From contig OY762721.1 of the NCBI GenBank assembly GCA_963666345.1, forward strand, positions 3,424,001 to 3,488,000: a stretch of DNA of 64,000 nt. The letters are read 5' to 3'. Positions within the stretch are counted from its first letter, which is position 1. The number at the start of each line of letters is the position of its first letter. This document shows, piece after piece, positions 31,486 through 41,759 of the stretch. The stretch comes from Desulfatiglandales bacterium. Its GTDB lineage: Bacteria > Desulfobacterota > DSM-4660 > Desulfatiglandales > Desulfatiglandaceae. The position numbers and the translations under genes are program-made. The notes below the pieces were generated by a model. That model did no database searches and was not told the origin of the DNA. It saw only the letters and a program-made list of their open reading frames with translations.

Positions 31486-33147
31486 ATGCCGATGTCGGAA
31501 GTAAATGAACTGCTAATAGCCGGGTTTCACCGCGCCTGCGAAAGATTCCCCGACCACGTTGCCATTATCTATCTGGGGGAACGTTTCACCTACACCCGCC
31601 TGAGCAGGCTTATCGACCGGTTTGCCTCAGGGCTGCATCAGATGGGTGTCGGTAAGCAGGACAAGGTGATGATCTATCTGCCGAACTGTCCGCAGTTTCT
31701 GATCGGTTACCTTGGAGCGCAGCAGATAGGAGCGATTCCGGTTCCGGTCTCACCAATCTACACCCCCCACGAACTCAGATACCTGATCAACGACGCAGGG
31801 GCCGAAACGGTCCTTTGCCAGGACACCAATTTTCGCTACATAAAAGAGGTGTTACCTTCGACAGGGATAAAACGTGTCGTGGTGACGAACTACGTGGACC
31901 TGCTTCCGATGTACAAGCGTGCCTTCGGGTTCCTCTTCGACATCGTGCCGGACGGCGTGATTGAAAAGGATGACCATGTGCGAACATTCAAGGACCTGCT
32001 GAAAAAGGCCCCGAAAGACCTTCCCGCTGTGTCTTTGAATCCCGACGAACATCTCTGTTATATCCTCTACACCGGCGGCACTACCGGTTTTCCAAAGGGG
32101 TGCATATCGACTCATACCGGCATGGTTTCCTTTGTGAACGAGGTCCGTGATCTGGGAGCAGGGCATATAGAGGATGGAAAGGAGGTATTCATAATGGTCA
32201 ACCCCCTTTTCCATCAGCTTGCCCAGGGAATCATCCTGGGGATGGTGCTTACCAGAGGGAACACCGCGGTGCTGATGCCCATACCACAGGTAGACCCCAT
32301 TCTTGACGCAATAGAAAAACACCGGGGAACGCTTTTTCTCGGGGCGCCTACTCTTTACAGAATGATGCTTGAAAACGACCGCCTTGATTCTTTTGACCTG
32401 AGTTCCCTTAAATTCTGCTGGAGCGGCGGGGATGTGCTTCCTCTTGAGGTATACAACCGCTGGAAAAAGAAGTTCCATTTACCGATACATCAGGTGTACG
32501 GCTCAACAGAAGTGGGGTTTACGGCCATGAGTCCGCTGGACAGGGAACCGGTTCCCGGGAGTGTGGGGCGTCCCCTTCCATCCAGGCAGACAATGATCGT
32601 GGATCCCGAGACCTTAATGCCTGTTGAGCCGGGAAAGGCGGGGGAACTCCTGGTCACCTCCGAGTACATGTCCACCAGCTACTGGAACAAGCCTGATGAG
32701 ACGGCCGCCTCCTATGTGGAGATAGAAGGAAGGACCTGGTACCGGATGAACGACTACGTGAGGGAGGATGAGGGGGGAGAGATCTTCTACGTGGATCGAA
32801 GTGCAGACGTGATAAAGTACAAGGCCTACCGGGTGTCCTGTTCGGAAATAGAAGCGGTGCTTCAGGACCATCCCGCGGTCATAGGGGCCTGTGTGGTGGG
32901 TGTCCCCGATTCGGCGGTGGGTGAGCGGATAAAGGCCATCGTGGTTCTCAAGGAGGATGTGCGAGGCGTAAGCGGATCGGACCTGATGAAATGGTGCAAG
33001 GAGCACCTGGCTTCATACAAGATTCCAAGGTATATCGAATTCAGGGACATGCTCCCTAAATCCAAGGTGGGTAAGCTTCTGCGCCGTGATATACGGGACG
33101 AGGAACGAAGAAGACAGGGTAAGGGTGCCAAGTCGATAAGCGTATAG
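31486..33147 (+). CDS. Acyl-CoA ligase (AMP-binding, long-chain fatty acid CoA ligase-like)
   Basis: YTGGTTGFPKG, YGSTE, PKSKVGK. Confidence 0.92.
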   Translation: MPMSEVNELLIAGFHRACERFPDHVAIIYLGERFTYTRLSRLIDRFASGLHQMGVGKQDKVMIYLPNCPQFLIGYLGAQQIGAIPVPVSPIYTPHELRYLINDAGAETVLCQDTNFRYIKEVLPSTGIKRVVVTNYVDLLPMYKRAFGFLFDIVPDGVIEKDDHVRTFKDLLKKAPKDLPAVSLNPDEHLCYILYTGGTTGFPKGCISTHTGMVSFVNEVRDLGAGHIEDGKEVFIMVNPLFHQLAQGIILGMVLTRGNTAVLMPIPQVDPILDAIEKHRGTLFLGAPTLYRMMLENDRLDSFDLSSLKFCWSGGDVLPLEVYNRWKKKFHLPIHQVYGSTEVGFTAMSPLDREPVPGSVGRPLPSRQTMIVDPETLMPVEPGKAGELLVTSEYMSTSYWNKPDETAASYVEIEGRTWYRMNDYVREDEGGEIFYVDRSADVIKYKAYRVSCSEIEAVLQDHPAVIGACVVGVPDSAVGERIKAIVVLKEDVRGVSGSDLMKWCKEHLASYKIPRYIEFRDMLPKSKVGKLLRRDIRDEERRRQGKGAKSISV

Positions 33148-33404
33148 GCGTTAAGCGGAAACTTCCTTGAAAAACAAAACGAGCTGTTCCGGCAGCGGAT
33201 GATCATTCCCGGTTGCAGCTGGTCTGCATCCGGCCGGCCTCCCCGGTCCTGCATACAGGTTTTCCTTCCGTCGGTTCATTTCTACGGCCCCGGGCCTCTT
33301 CTCTCAACCAAAGAAACAATGACATGATGCCACCGGGTGTGCTGGCTTTGGCTACTTCATGAATGGCCTTTTATTGCGTTTTCTGCGCTCAAAAACCCCG
33401 TTTA

Positions 33405-33418
33405 TTGACTTAAGTCAA
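33405..33418. promoter_or_regulatory. CRP/FNR-family (HcpR-type) box 1
   Basis: TTGACTTAAGTCAA perfect palindrome upstream of the 33480 gene. Confidence 0.75.
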
Positions 33419-33479
33419 GCAGGTTAATCGGAAAAAGGGTATACTGGAATTATTTCGAGAAAGAAAAGGTCCTTTATTT

Positions 33480-34277
33480 ATGATAAAATGGAATAGCGAA
33501 GCAAATGAGGCCTTAAACAGAGTCCCTTTTTTTGTGAGAAAGCGGGTGAGGAAACGGGTCGAGGAGGAAGCCGTCCGTTGTGGTTGCCGTGAAGTGACCA
33601 TCCGGCATGTTGAGACATGCAGGAAAAAATTCCTTAACCTCATGGAGGATGAGGTCAAGGGTTTTCAGGTGGAAACCTGTTTCGGCCTGGACGGTTGCCC
33701 GAACAGGGCGGTCGATTCCGACGGCCTGCCTGAAAAGATCAAAGAGGTCCTTTCAAAAAGGCACATGAAGTCGTTTCTAAAAGAGCGGGTGAACGGCGCC
33801 TTAAAGATGCACCATGAATTTCGAATCTCAATCTCCGATTGCCCTAATGCGTGCTCCCGTCCCCAGATAGTCGATATAGGGCTCATAGGGGCCTTGAGGC
33901 CGGAAGTTACGGATGAACCCTGCACCCAGTGCGGGGCGTGCGTGGAGGCATGCAGGGAAAGCGCCGTTTCCATCAAGGAAAATACCCCGGTTGTGGATTA
34001 TTCCAGGTGCCTTTGCTGCGGACAGTGTGTCCGGGTTTGTCCCACAGGTTCAATAAAGGAGGCGCAACAAGGCTACCGCGTCATGGTGGGAGGAAAACTT
34101 GGAAGGCATCCAAGGCTGGCGACACAGTTGGGTGGAATCCATACCCCTTCTGAAGCCCTGGAGGTAATGGAGGGTTGCCTGGATCATTACCAGAGCCACT
34201 GCGTAAAAGGAGAGCGGTTCGGCGAGATTCTGGAGCGAGAACCTTTACCCACTTCACGTGCGTCCATTGATTGTTAG
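33480..34277 (+). CDS. Nitrite/sulfite-reductase-like 4Fe-4S protein with N-terminal PCP_red-like domain
   Basis: VPFFVRKRVR N-terminus; CFGLDGC, DCPNACSRPQIVDIG, two CxxCxxCxxxC, GGKLGRHP, GERFG. Confidence 0.85.
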   Translation: MIKWNSEANEALNRVPFFVRKRVRKRVEEEAVRCGCREVTIRHVETCRKKFLNLMEDEVKGFQVETCFGLDGCPNRAVDSDGLPEKIKEVLSKRHMKSFLKERVNGALKMHHEFRISISDCPNACSRPQIVDIGLIGALRPEVTDEPCTQCGACVEACRESAVSIKENTPVVDYSRCLCCGQCVRVCPTGSIKEAQQGYRVMVGGKLGRHPRLATQLGGIHTPSEALEVMEGCLDHYQSHCVKGERFGEILEREPLPTSRASIDC

Positions 34278-34617
34278 CGCCTTTATAAAGCAATTTGAGA
34301 AGGCCCCTGATAAAGGCAGGGGCCTGATAGTACCCGTCCATCCATCATCTTTCAGGATTTCGGCATCAAGAAGCAGCATCACTATCGCGTCCTTCTATTG
34401 ATTTTATTAACCCCATTGATCTCATTTGATTCTCTTTGCTTAACTCCACTGCCTCTCACCGGGTTTCCTCCTTTGCTTTATGCTCAGACCCCAGGCTTTG
34501 GGCGCCTGTCTCCGGACGATTGAATCTGAAAATATATCGCATCCCCTGATCGAAAAACAGCCGATAACCTGAATCGATTTATGGATGGAGCTGAATGGCC
34601 AAGAAAAAATCTCATTT

Positions 34618-34631
34618 TTGACTTAGGTCAA
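34618..34631. promoter_or_regulatory. HcpR-type box 2
   Basis: TTGACTTAGGTCAA. Confidence 0.75.
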
Positions 34632-34737
34632 GGAGATATTTTTTTCCATATTCCATAATGCTCCCGAGATTGCGATATGAAAGCCGCAAACAACCGCATC
34701 AATATTTTTACTTAAAATGGGAGGTTAAGCTTTAACC

Positions 34738-35433
34738 ATGGAATGGGAAGACAAAAAGGATTTGTTCAAGGTGGTGGATGTAAGAGAAGTTACGACCAAC
34801 TTTTTACCCGGGCTTCTCAAAAAGGCGGGGGAGGTTGAAGTGGGCGACGGGATGTGCGTGGTTCAGACCTTTGAACCCATCCCCCTTTATTCAGCGATGG
34901 CCTCTCTCGGTTTCGAGCATATTACCGACAAGATCTCGGACAATGAATACCGGGTATATTTTTACAGGGAAGAAAATAAGGAGGCGCCGTTTCCCGGTAC
35001 CGGTGATGTCCCGCTTAAACCGACAGCCATGCTGAATTTCAAGAAAATAGATAATTCTCTGGCCGATATAGCGGTAAATTTCTGGCATTTGACCTGGGCA
35101 AAAGAGGCTCCTGCAATTGATCTGAAGACGAAATTGCTTCTGTCACTTGCAAACGGGGCGGGTGCGGGCAGATATCGCCAGGCAACCCGTGAACTGGTAA
35201 AGGCGTATTCACTCGGTGTTACCGTGGGTGAGCTGGATGAGCTTTTTTCATTGCTTGTATGGAATGGCGGGATAGGAACCTTCGCATCGGAGATAGGTAC
35301 TTCAACCCTGTTCGGCGCATACCAGTCCATAAAGACCCTTGAAGGCAAAGGGAAAACACGGAAAGAGGTGATGAGTGAGCTTATGGAAAAATTCGGCGAG
35401 AAAAACCCGGAAGTCAAGGTGACGGCAACGTAA
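34738..35433 (+). CDS. DUF2249 plus carboxymuconolactone-decarboxylase-like fusion protein
   Basis: N-terminal DVR...FEPIPLY; C-terminal IDLKTKLLLSLA...KAYSLGVT. Confidence 0.65.
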   Translation: MEWEDKKDLFKVVDVREVTTNFLPGLLKKAGEVEVGDGMCVVQTFEPIPLYSAMASLGFEHITDKISDNEYRVYFYREENKEAPFPGTGDVPLKPTAMLNFKKIDNSLADIAVNFWHLTWAKEAPAIDLKTKLLLSLANGAGAGRYRQATRELVKAYSLGVTVGELDELFSLLVWNGGIGTFASEIGTSTLFGAYQSIKTLEGKGKTRKEVMSELMEKFGEKNPEVKVTAT

Positions 35434-35560
35434 GATCAGGGTGCGGTTCACCGAGCACCCGCCTGCCCGTTATCTATAGTGTTGCAGCGGGCGGGCAGTA
35501 TGGAAAGGGTGGGTCTGGGCCTGAAAACGATAACCCCTGAGATCCAAAGGAGACACGGAT

Positions 35561-36739
35561 ATGAAAGCAAGAAAAATAAAAGACCGCATTTACTGGATGG
35601 GTTCCGTGGATTGGGACAGTCGCCTGTTTGACTCTCTTATCCCCCTTCCGGACGGAACCAGCTATAACGCTTATCTCATTGAAGGAAGTGAGAAGACCGT
35701 CCTGCTGGACACGGTTGATCCCCCCATGGCCGATGAACTCATGGCACAGCTTGAGGGCATCCCCAGGATCGATTACGTCGTCTCACACCATGCGGAGCAG
35801 GACCACTCAGGAACCATCCCTCGTGTGCTTGCAAGATACCCGGACGCAAAGCTCATATCAACCCCCAAAGCAAAGGCAATGCTGATCGATTTTCTGCAGA
35901 TACCGGGGGAGTCTTTCATAACCGTCGAAGACGGGGAGGCCCTGTCTCTCGGGGATAAGACCTTGAAGTTTATTTATGCCCCCTGGGTTCACTGGCCTGA
36001 GACCATGGTGACCTATCTGGAAGAAGACAAGATCCTTTTCAGTTGTGATTTTTTCGGCTCCCACATCGCAACGTCTGATCTTTTGGTCAACGATGAAGGA
36101 CGAGTCTATGAGGCGGCCAAGCGCTACTTCGCCGAGATCATGATGCCCTTCAGGTGCGTGATAAAAAAGAACCTGGAGAAACTTGCGCCTTACGATATCG
36201 AGATGATAGCCCCAGGTCATGGTCAGATATTTCCCGATCCGGCATTTATTTTGGATGCCTACCGTGACTGGATCCTCGGTCCTCCCGGAAACATGGTGGT
36301 CCTGCTCTACGTGTCCATGCACGAAAGCACGAAGCAGATGGTCGACCATCTTGTTGCTGCTCTTGTGGAAAGAGGCGTCAGGGTCGAACAGTTCAACCTG
36401 GCCGTAACCGATATCGGAAAACTGGCCATGGCCCTGGTTGATGCGGCAACAATCGTCGTCGGTACCCCCACGATCCTGGCAGGCCCTCATCCTTATGCCG
36501 CCTATGCCGTGTTTCTGGCAAATGCCCTGCGACCCAAAACAAGATTTCTCTCCATTATCGGCTCCTACGGCTGGGGAGGAAAGACCGTGGAAACACTTGC
36601 GGGAATGATCCCCAATCTCAAGGTAGAAGTCCTCGAACCCGTCCTTTGTAAAGGCGTGCCTTTGCAGGAGGCGTTTAAGGCATTGGATGATCTGGCTTCT
36701 GCGATTTCACAAAAACACAAGGAGAATGATTTCGTTTAA
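35561..36739 (+). CDS. fprA: Flavodiiron protein (FprA/ROO-type NO/O2 reductase)
   Basis: GTSYNAYLI, HAEQDH, HWPE, SCDFFG, flavodoxin GSYGWG. Confidence 0.93.
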   Translation: MKARKIKDRIYWMGSVDWDSRLFDSLIPLPDGTSYNAYLIEGSEKTVLLDTVDPPMADELMAQLEGIPRIDYVVSHHAEQDHSGTIPRVLARYPDAKLISTPKAKAMLIDFLQIPGESFITVEDGEALSLGDKTLKFIYAPWVHWPETMVTYLEEDKILFSCDFFGSHIATSDLLVNDEGRVYEAAKRYFAEIMMPFRCVIKKNLEKLAPYDIEMIAPGHGQIFPDPAFILDAYRDWILGPPGNMVVLLYVSMHESTKQMVDHLVAALVERGVRVEQFNLAVTDIGKLAMALVDAATIVVGTPTILAGPHPYAAYAVFLANALRPKTRFLSIIGSYGWGGKTVETLAGMIPNLKVEVLEPVLCKGVPLQEAFKALDDLASAISQKHKENDFV

Positions 36740-36820
36740 CAGCGGTTTAAAATCGTGACCCATTTTCTGAAGGCCTCTGCAATTTCAAAAAAACCTTGGG
36801 TCCGAAAAAAGGTGACTGTC

Positions 36821-36834
36821 TTGACTTAAGTCAA
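36821..36834. promoter_or_regulatory. HcpR-type box 3
   Basis: TTGACTTAAGTCAA about 90 bp upstream of hcp. Confidence 0.8.
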
Positions 36835-36923
36835 TGCGGTGCTCCTGTTTGTGACATAAAACGGGTCTCAATAGCGGGTATCGTATTTCGAAAAGCAACT
36901 AACCTTAATAGAGGAGGGGGATC

Positions 36924-38588
36924 ATGTTCTGTTTTCAGTGTCAGGAGACAGCCAAAAATACCGGCTGCACGGTTAAGGGAGTCTGCGGGAAACCTGAGGA
37001 CCTCGCTAATCTTCACGATCTGTTGATTTACGTGTTGAGGGGCATCTCCATATACGGCGAAAAGGCGGAAGAGATCGGGGTTTTCGACAAAAAAATCGGC
37101 CTGTTTATTGCGCAGGCCCTTTTCGCAACCATTACGAACGCGAACTGGGAAAAACAGTGGTTTGTCGATGAAACAAGGGCGGCCCTGAACATTCGCGAAG
37201 AACTAAAGGCCCGGTTTCTTGCCGCATACAAGGAAAAAAAGGGTGAGGAGTTCTCAGAGCAGCTTCATGATTCGGCTGTATGGTATTCGGATGATGAGGC
37301 GGAATTTGATGAGAAGGCAAAATCGGTTGGGATCCTTGCCACGGAAAACGAAGATGTGCGATCGTTGCGGGAATTGCTTATCATCGGTCTGAAGGGCGTT
37401 GCGGCTTATGCGGACCACGCGGCTATCCTCGGATTTGAAAGGGATGATATCTACCGGTTCATGATGGAGGCACTTGCCTCCACCACCAGGGACCTTTCCG
37501 TGGATGAAATGGTGGCCCTTGTCATGAAATGCGGAGAAACAGCGGTTAATACAATGGCCCTTCTTGATGAGGCCAATACGAGCGCCTACGGGCATCCGGA
37601 GATAACAGAAGTTAATATCGGGGTTCGCGGCAATCCCGGAATTCTTATCAGCGGTCATGATCTAAAGGATATGGAGGAACTTCTCAAGCAGACCGAAGGA
37701 ACCGGTTTGGACGTCTATACGCACGGTGAGATGCTGCCTGCGAATTACTATCCGGCATTTAAGAAATACGATCATTTCGCAGGCAACTACGGCGGCTCCT
37801 GGTGGCGGCAGAACAAGGAGTTCGAATCATTCAACGGTCCGATCATACTGACTACCAACTGCCTTGTTCCTCTAAGGAAAGAAAACACATATCTGGACAG
37901 GCTCTTCACCACCGGAGTGGTAGGGTACCCGGGCGCAAGGCATATCCCTGACAGGTCCGAAGGCGGAGCAAAGGACTTTTTGGAAGTCATGGAACGGGCA
38001 AAGAAGTGCGCCCCTCCCGTTGAGATCGAAACGGGAAAGATCGTGGGCGGATTCGCTCACAACCAGGTCCTCGCACTGGCAGATAAGGTCGTTGACGCCG
38101 TTAAATCAGGTGCGATCAAGCGCTTTATCGTAATGGCAGGCTGCGACGGCCGCCAGAAGGCAAGAAACTATTTTACCGAGGTGGCCGAGCAGCTTCCCTG
38201 CGACACGGTCATACTGACTGCGGGGTGCGCCAAGTACCGCTACAACAAACTCGATCTGGGCGATATCGGAGGCATCCCGAGGGTGCTTGACGCGGGGCAG
38301 TGCAACGACTGTTATTCCCTCGCTGTAATCGCTCTCAAACTCAAAGAGGTCTTCGGGCTTGATGATATAAACGAGCTTCCGATCTCCTTTGATATCGGAT
38401 GGTATGAGCAGAAGGCGGTCGCGGTTCTTCTGGCCCTCCTTTTCCTAGGGGTCAAGGGGATTCGTTTAGGACCCACACTCCCTGCATTTGTATCTCCTAC
38501 AGTGCTCAATGTGCTGGTTGAGAAGTTCGATATCAAACCGATTGGAGAGGTTGCGGCGGACATCGAAGCGATGATGGCCGGAAAGTAG
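36924..38588 (+). CDS. hcp: Hybrid cluster protein (hydroxylamine/NO reductase)
   Basis: [48 protein letters not shown]. Confidence 0.98.
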   Translation: MFCFQCQETAKNTGCTVKGVCGKPEDLANLHDLLIYVLRGISIYGEKAEEIGVFDKKIGLFIAQALFATITNANWEKQWFVDETRAALNIREELKARFLAAYKEKKGEEFSEQLHDSAVWYSDDEAEFDEKAKSVGILATENEDVRSLRELLIIGLKGVAAYADHAAILGFERDDIYRFMMEALASTTRDLSVDEMVALVMKCGETAVNTMALLDEANTSAYGHPEITEVNIGVRGNPGILISGHDLKDMEELLKQTEGTGLDVYTHGEMLPANYYPAFKKYDHFAGNYGGSWWRQNKEFESFNGPIILTTNCLVPLRKENTYLDRLFTTGVVGYPGARHIPDRSEGGAKDFLEVMERAKKCAPPVEIETGKIVGGFAHNQVLALADKVVDAVKSGAIKRFIVMAGCDGRQKARNYFTEVAEQLPCDTVILTAGCAKYRYNKLDLGDIGGIPRVLDAGQCNDCYSLAVIALKLKEVFGLDDINELPISFDIGWYEQKAVAVLLALLFLGVKGIRLGPTLPAFVSPTVLNVLVEKFDIKPIGEVAADIEAMMAGK

Positions 38589-38812
38589 AAAGACATTGAC
38601 GGAGCCCGGATCATTACAATGATTTTTTATGCCGTACTTCCGGGTCCCGTCATAATCCTTAAGTAATGAAGTATAAAACAAAATCGGCAAAGGCATTAAA
38701 GGCGATTATAAAGACAAGAAGACGCAGCGGTAAAGCAATATTTACCTGGAATATCTTTTGTAACCAGGTTGGATAAGAATTTGCTTTTTTTATAAAATGC
38801 ATCACGGATAAT

Positions 38813-39463
38813 TCATGGTTCGGGATCCGGATCGGTTCCACTTATATATGAAGGGGCTTCCTTGTAATTTTTGAAATCCCCGTACATAGTTCGGGAAGGG
38901 AAGTATTCCGCCTTCATCTGAACGATTGCGGCGGCCTCGTCTCCTGCGATATATTGAATCAACGAAAGGGCCAGGTCGATACCTGCCGATACCCCGGATG
39001 CAGTCCACACACTTCCCTGCCTTACGATTCTTTCTTCAACGACCTTTACATCGCCGCATTTTCTTAACCTGTCAAGAGAGGCCCAGTGTGTGGTGGCCTT
39101 TTTCCCTTCAAGGAGCCCTGCCTTCTGCAGTATGAATGATCCTGTGCAGACGGACAGGACAATCCTACACTCCCCGGCCTTTTGGGCGACAAAGTCCATC
39201 AGGCGCGAGTTGTGCACCTCTTTTCTTGTGCCTTCACCACCCGGCACAAGCAGGAAGTCGAGCCGCGGGCATTGGCTGAATGTGGCATGGGGCTTCAGCC
39301 TTATGCCCTTTGCGCATTCGATGATCCGGGAGGTCTCGGATATGGTGATGCATGTATCCGGCCCATTTGCATATTTATTCCACAGGGTGATCATTTCCCA
39401 CGGCCCGATAAGGTCAAGCTCCTCAACACCTGGAAATACGAGAAAACCGAAATTCATGTTCAT
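38813..39463 (-). CDS. DJ-1/PfpI family protein
   Basis: EELDLIGP, VPGG, SVCTGS, ATTHW, ASGVSAGID. Confidence 0.9.
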   Translation of the reverse strand: MNMNFGFLVFPGVEELDLIGPWEMITLWNKYANGPDTCITISETSRIIECAKGIRLKPHATFSQCPRLDFLLVPGGEGTRKEVHNSRLMDFVAQKAGECRIVLSVCTGSFILQKAGLLEGKKATTHWASLDRLRKCGDVKVVEERIVRQGSVWTASGVSAGIDLALSLIQYIAGDEAAAIVQMKAEYFPSRTMYGDFKNYKEAPSYISGTDPDPEP

Positions 39464-39702
39464 ATCCCCCTTGATTTCAGGAATCACAAACGATGTGTGC
39501 TCTGATGTATCATGCGTCAGGAATATGCTCTGCTCATGGGTCGAGAGTCCTGCCGGCATTATAACTGCAAATATGGGTTCGTGGGGTATAAGGAATCAAC
39601 GCATCTGATAAGGGCAGTGACTAGGGAGAAAGTGCCAGTGGCGCTGTTCGGCAGGGCACCTGGATAAAGCGTAAAGTAAAAATACCCGGCGATATCGCAT
39701 GA

Positions 39703-39741
39703 AAGGGGTCTGCGTCCTGTTAGGACGTAGGCCCCTTTTTC
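39703..39741. terminator. Intrinsic terminator hairpin
   Basis: AAAGGGGTCTGCGTCC-TGTTA-GGACGTAGGCCCCTTTTT. Confidence 0.7.
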
Positions 39742-39755
39742 TTTGACCCTTGATT

Positions 39756-40091
39756 CTAGCGCCTACCGCTCATTCCCCTGCCTGAGATGCCTCTTCCGGC
39801 AAGCGGATTATAGAGTTTTATAATCGCGAATTTCATGACATCCAGGGACTTCATCTCCAGGATGATATTCATCAGGGTGTTGTTTCCTTCTTCAGGAAGC
39901 ACGCAGGCATTGTTGGAATCAAAGGTCAGGTCTTCAAATCCCTTGATTAGTTTTTTCTGGTCCTTTTTGGTCATACCCACCTGAAGGGCCTTTTTACCGT
40001 CAATTTCCTGAATCTGGTCCGCGAGACCTATCTCTTCGATCTTTTTGAGTTTTTCATCATCCAGGAACAAATTAATGTAAAAATCAGCCAT
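39756..40091 (-). CDS. Hypothetical protein
   Basis: 111-aa ORF with strong GAGGAGG RBS and downstream terminator. Confidence 0.75.
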   Translation of the reverse strand: MADFYINLFLDDEKLKKIEEIGLADQIQEIDGKKALQVGMTKKDQKKLIKGFEDLTFDSNNACVLPEEGNNTLMNIILEMKSLDVMKFAIIKLYNPLAGRGISGRGMSGRR

Positions 40092-40340
40092 AATAAGACC
40101 TCCTCTTAAAAGAAATTAAAAGCAAGAAAACCATTGGCTATTCTCCTTTGAAACAGGGGCTTAACCATGCAATCCCAAGCGTTTATGAAACACTTGACCC
40201 TCAATCTGTCTGGAATGACATCTTAGTAATACTTTGATGCAGTTATGTCAACTTTACGTTCAGATAACCCAGTCCAATAAAAACCGGATTCTCCACAAGT
40301 TCGTTTTTAGGTATATGCATATCCCTGCAAGATTCAGCGT

Positions 40341-40714
40341 TTATTTGTAACGGACCTCAGCCAATCTTCTGGGTGGGACCCGTTTGAATTTATATTTGGG
40401 ATAGCCCATGGTGATGCCGGCATAGACCTCACGGTGCTCAGGCAGGTCAAGCAGTTTTCTTATATCCGGAGACCTGTTGCACGCAGACGGAATTAAATCG
40501 TTAAAGCATGTCCCTATACCCATGACCTGTGCCATCATAATGGAATGAAAGGCCGCAATGAGACAATTTTCCGCCCCCATCGGTTCGTTTACGGGGCTGT
40601 GAAACAGCATCAATGCCGGGCAGTCTCTAAGGATTTCATCGCTTTTCCCGCCTCTGTACCAACGGATATACCAGTGCATGCCCTGCACAGATCCTGATTG
40701 ATGCTTAACGTCAT
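40341..40714 (-). pseudogene. Internally deleted ferredoxin-nitroreductase gene
   Basis: MTLSINQDLCRAC start joined out of frame to a nitroreductase C-terminus (AQVMGIGTC, ITMGYP). Confidence 0.75.
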
Positions 40715-40818
40715 TATCGTTCCTGCCGAATTTAGATAAATGGTTAAAATGCCTTTATCCCCTCATTTGAGATGGATGTAAAAAGGGCCTGTTTAGCAAG
40801 AAGTTATGATAAACCTTA

Positions 40819-41595
40819 TCACTTTCTGTTAAAAATATCAGCCAGAGGGAGTGAAAGACCTACCTCGGGCTGATAGCGCAGGTAGGCCGGAATCGGATAC
40901 CTGATGCCTGTTTCGTGGGTTCTGGAAAGGCCCTGAACCAGGGCTTTAAGAAGTGATGCCGGTAGGGCATATATCATCTCATGATCCTGTGTGGCGGCCC
41001 AGACCCTGTCCCCGTTGCCGGGCACCACTACCTTGGGGCTTTTGTCCAGATAGGCCCCGAGCACTCCCTCGGTGCACGACGCGGCACGGCCTGAGTGCGA
41101 ACAGATAAGGGGCTTTCCCTTTTTCCGGGTAGCGGCGTGAAGACAGCGCATGAGCTGGGCCGGATTAAGGTAGATCAACACGACATCAGGTCCCACTTTG
41201 GTCCATTCAAGGGGGGAATAGACCACCGCAGAGCACCTGCCGGGCTCGAGGGTCCTCAAGGATTCAAAGAGACTGACGGCCGCGTTCCTGTCGGTCGCGT
41301 AATTCATGCGCGTGAAAAAATCGACGGCCCCCTCTGTGTCAGCTGGCTTCCAGCCGTATGTGTGCCCTGAAATCGCACAGCCCAGGTCATCGGGGGTCAT
41401 GGCCAGGGTCCAGCCGTATCTGCGGGCGATGGTTGATGCCTGACAGTGGGCGATTTTTGCTTTCAGGTCTTTTGCGGGAGTGCGGGTTCCTTCAGGAATC
41501 TCGTCTTTGCGGGATAAAAGCCGAACCGCCAGGGGGAACGTACCGGGGTTGATGTATCGTCTCAGTCCTCTGCCGAGTTTGTGCCATTTTTCCAT
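40819..41595 (-). CDS. DUF169 family protein
   Basis: HCQA..IARRYG, LGC, PDVVLIY, ASC, PGNGDR. Confidence 0.8.
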   Translation of the reverse strand: MEKWHKLGRGLRRYINPGTFPLAVRLLSRKDEIPEGTRTPAKDLKAKIAHCQASTIARRYGWTLAMTPDDLGCAISGHTYGWKPADTEGAVDFFTRMNYATDRNAAVSLFESLRTLEPGRCSAVVYSPLEWTKVGPDVVLIYLNPAQLMRCLHAATRKKGKPLICSHSGRAASCTEGVLGAYLDKSPKVVVPGNGDRVWAATQDHEMIYALPASLLKALVQGLSRTHETGIRYPIPAYLRYQPEVGLSLPLADIFNRK

Positions 41596-41759
41596 AAGGG
41601 GGCTCCTTCCGGATTTTTTTGAGACATTGCAAAAAGTTTACCTGAACATATGGAGTGGCGGCGGAATAGCCGGCAGGTGCCGTAATCCATAATGAAACTG
41701 TACGACGGGTTTCAGCCGGCCGCCCGAAAATATTTCCCGGCATGTCCGGGAAAATCGCC

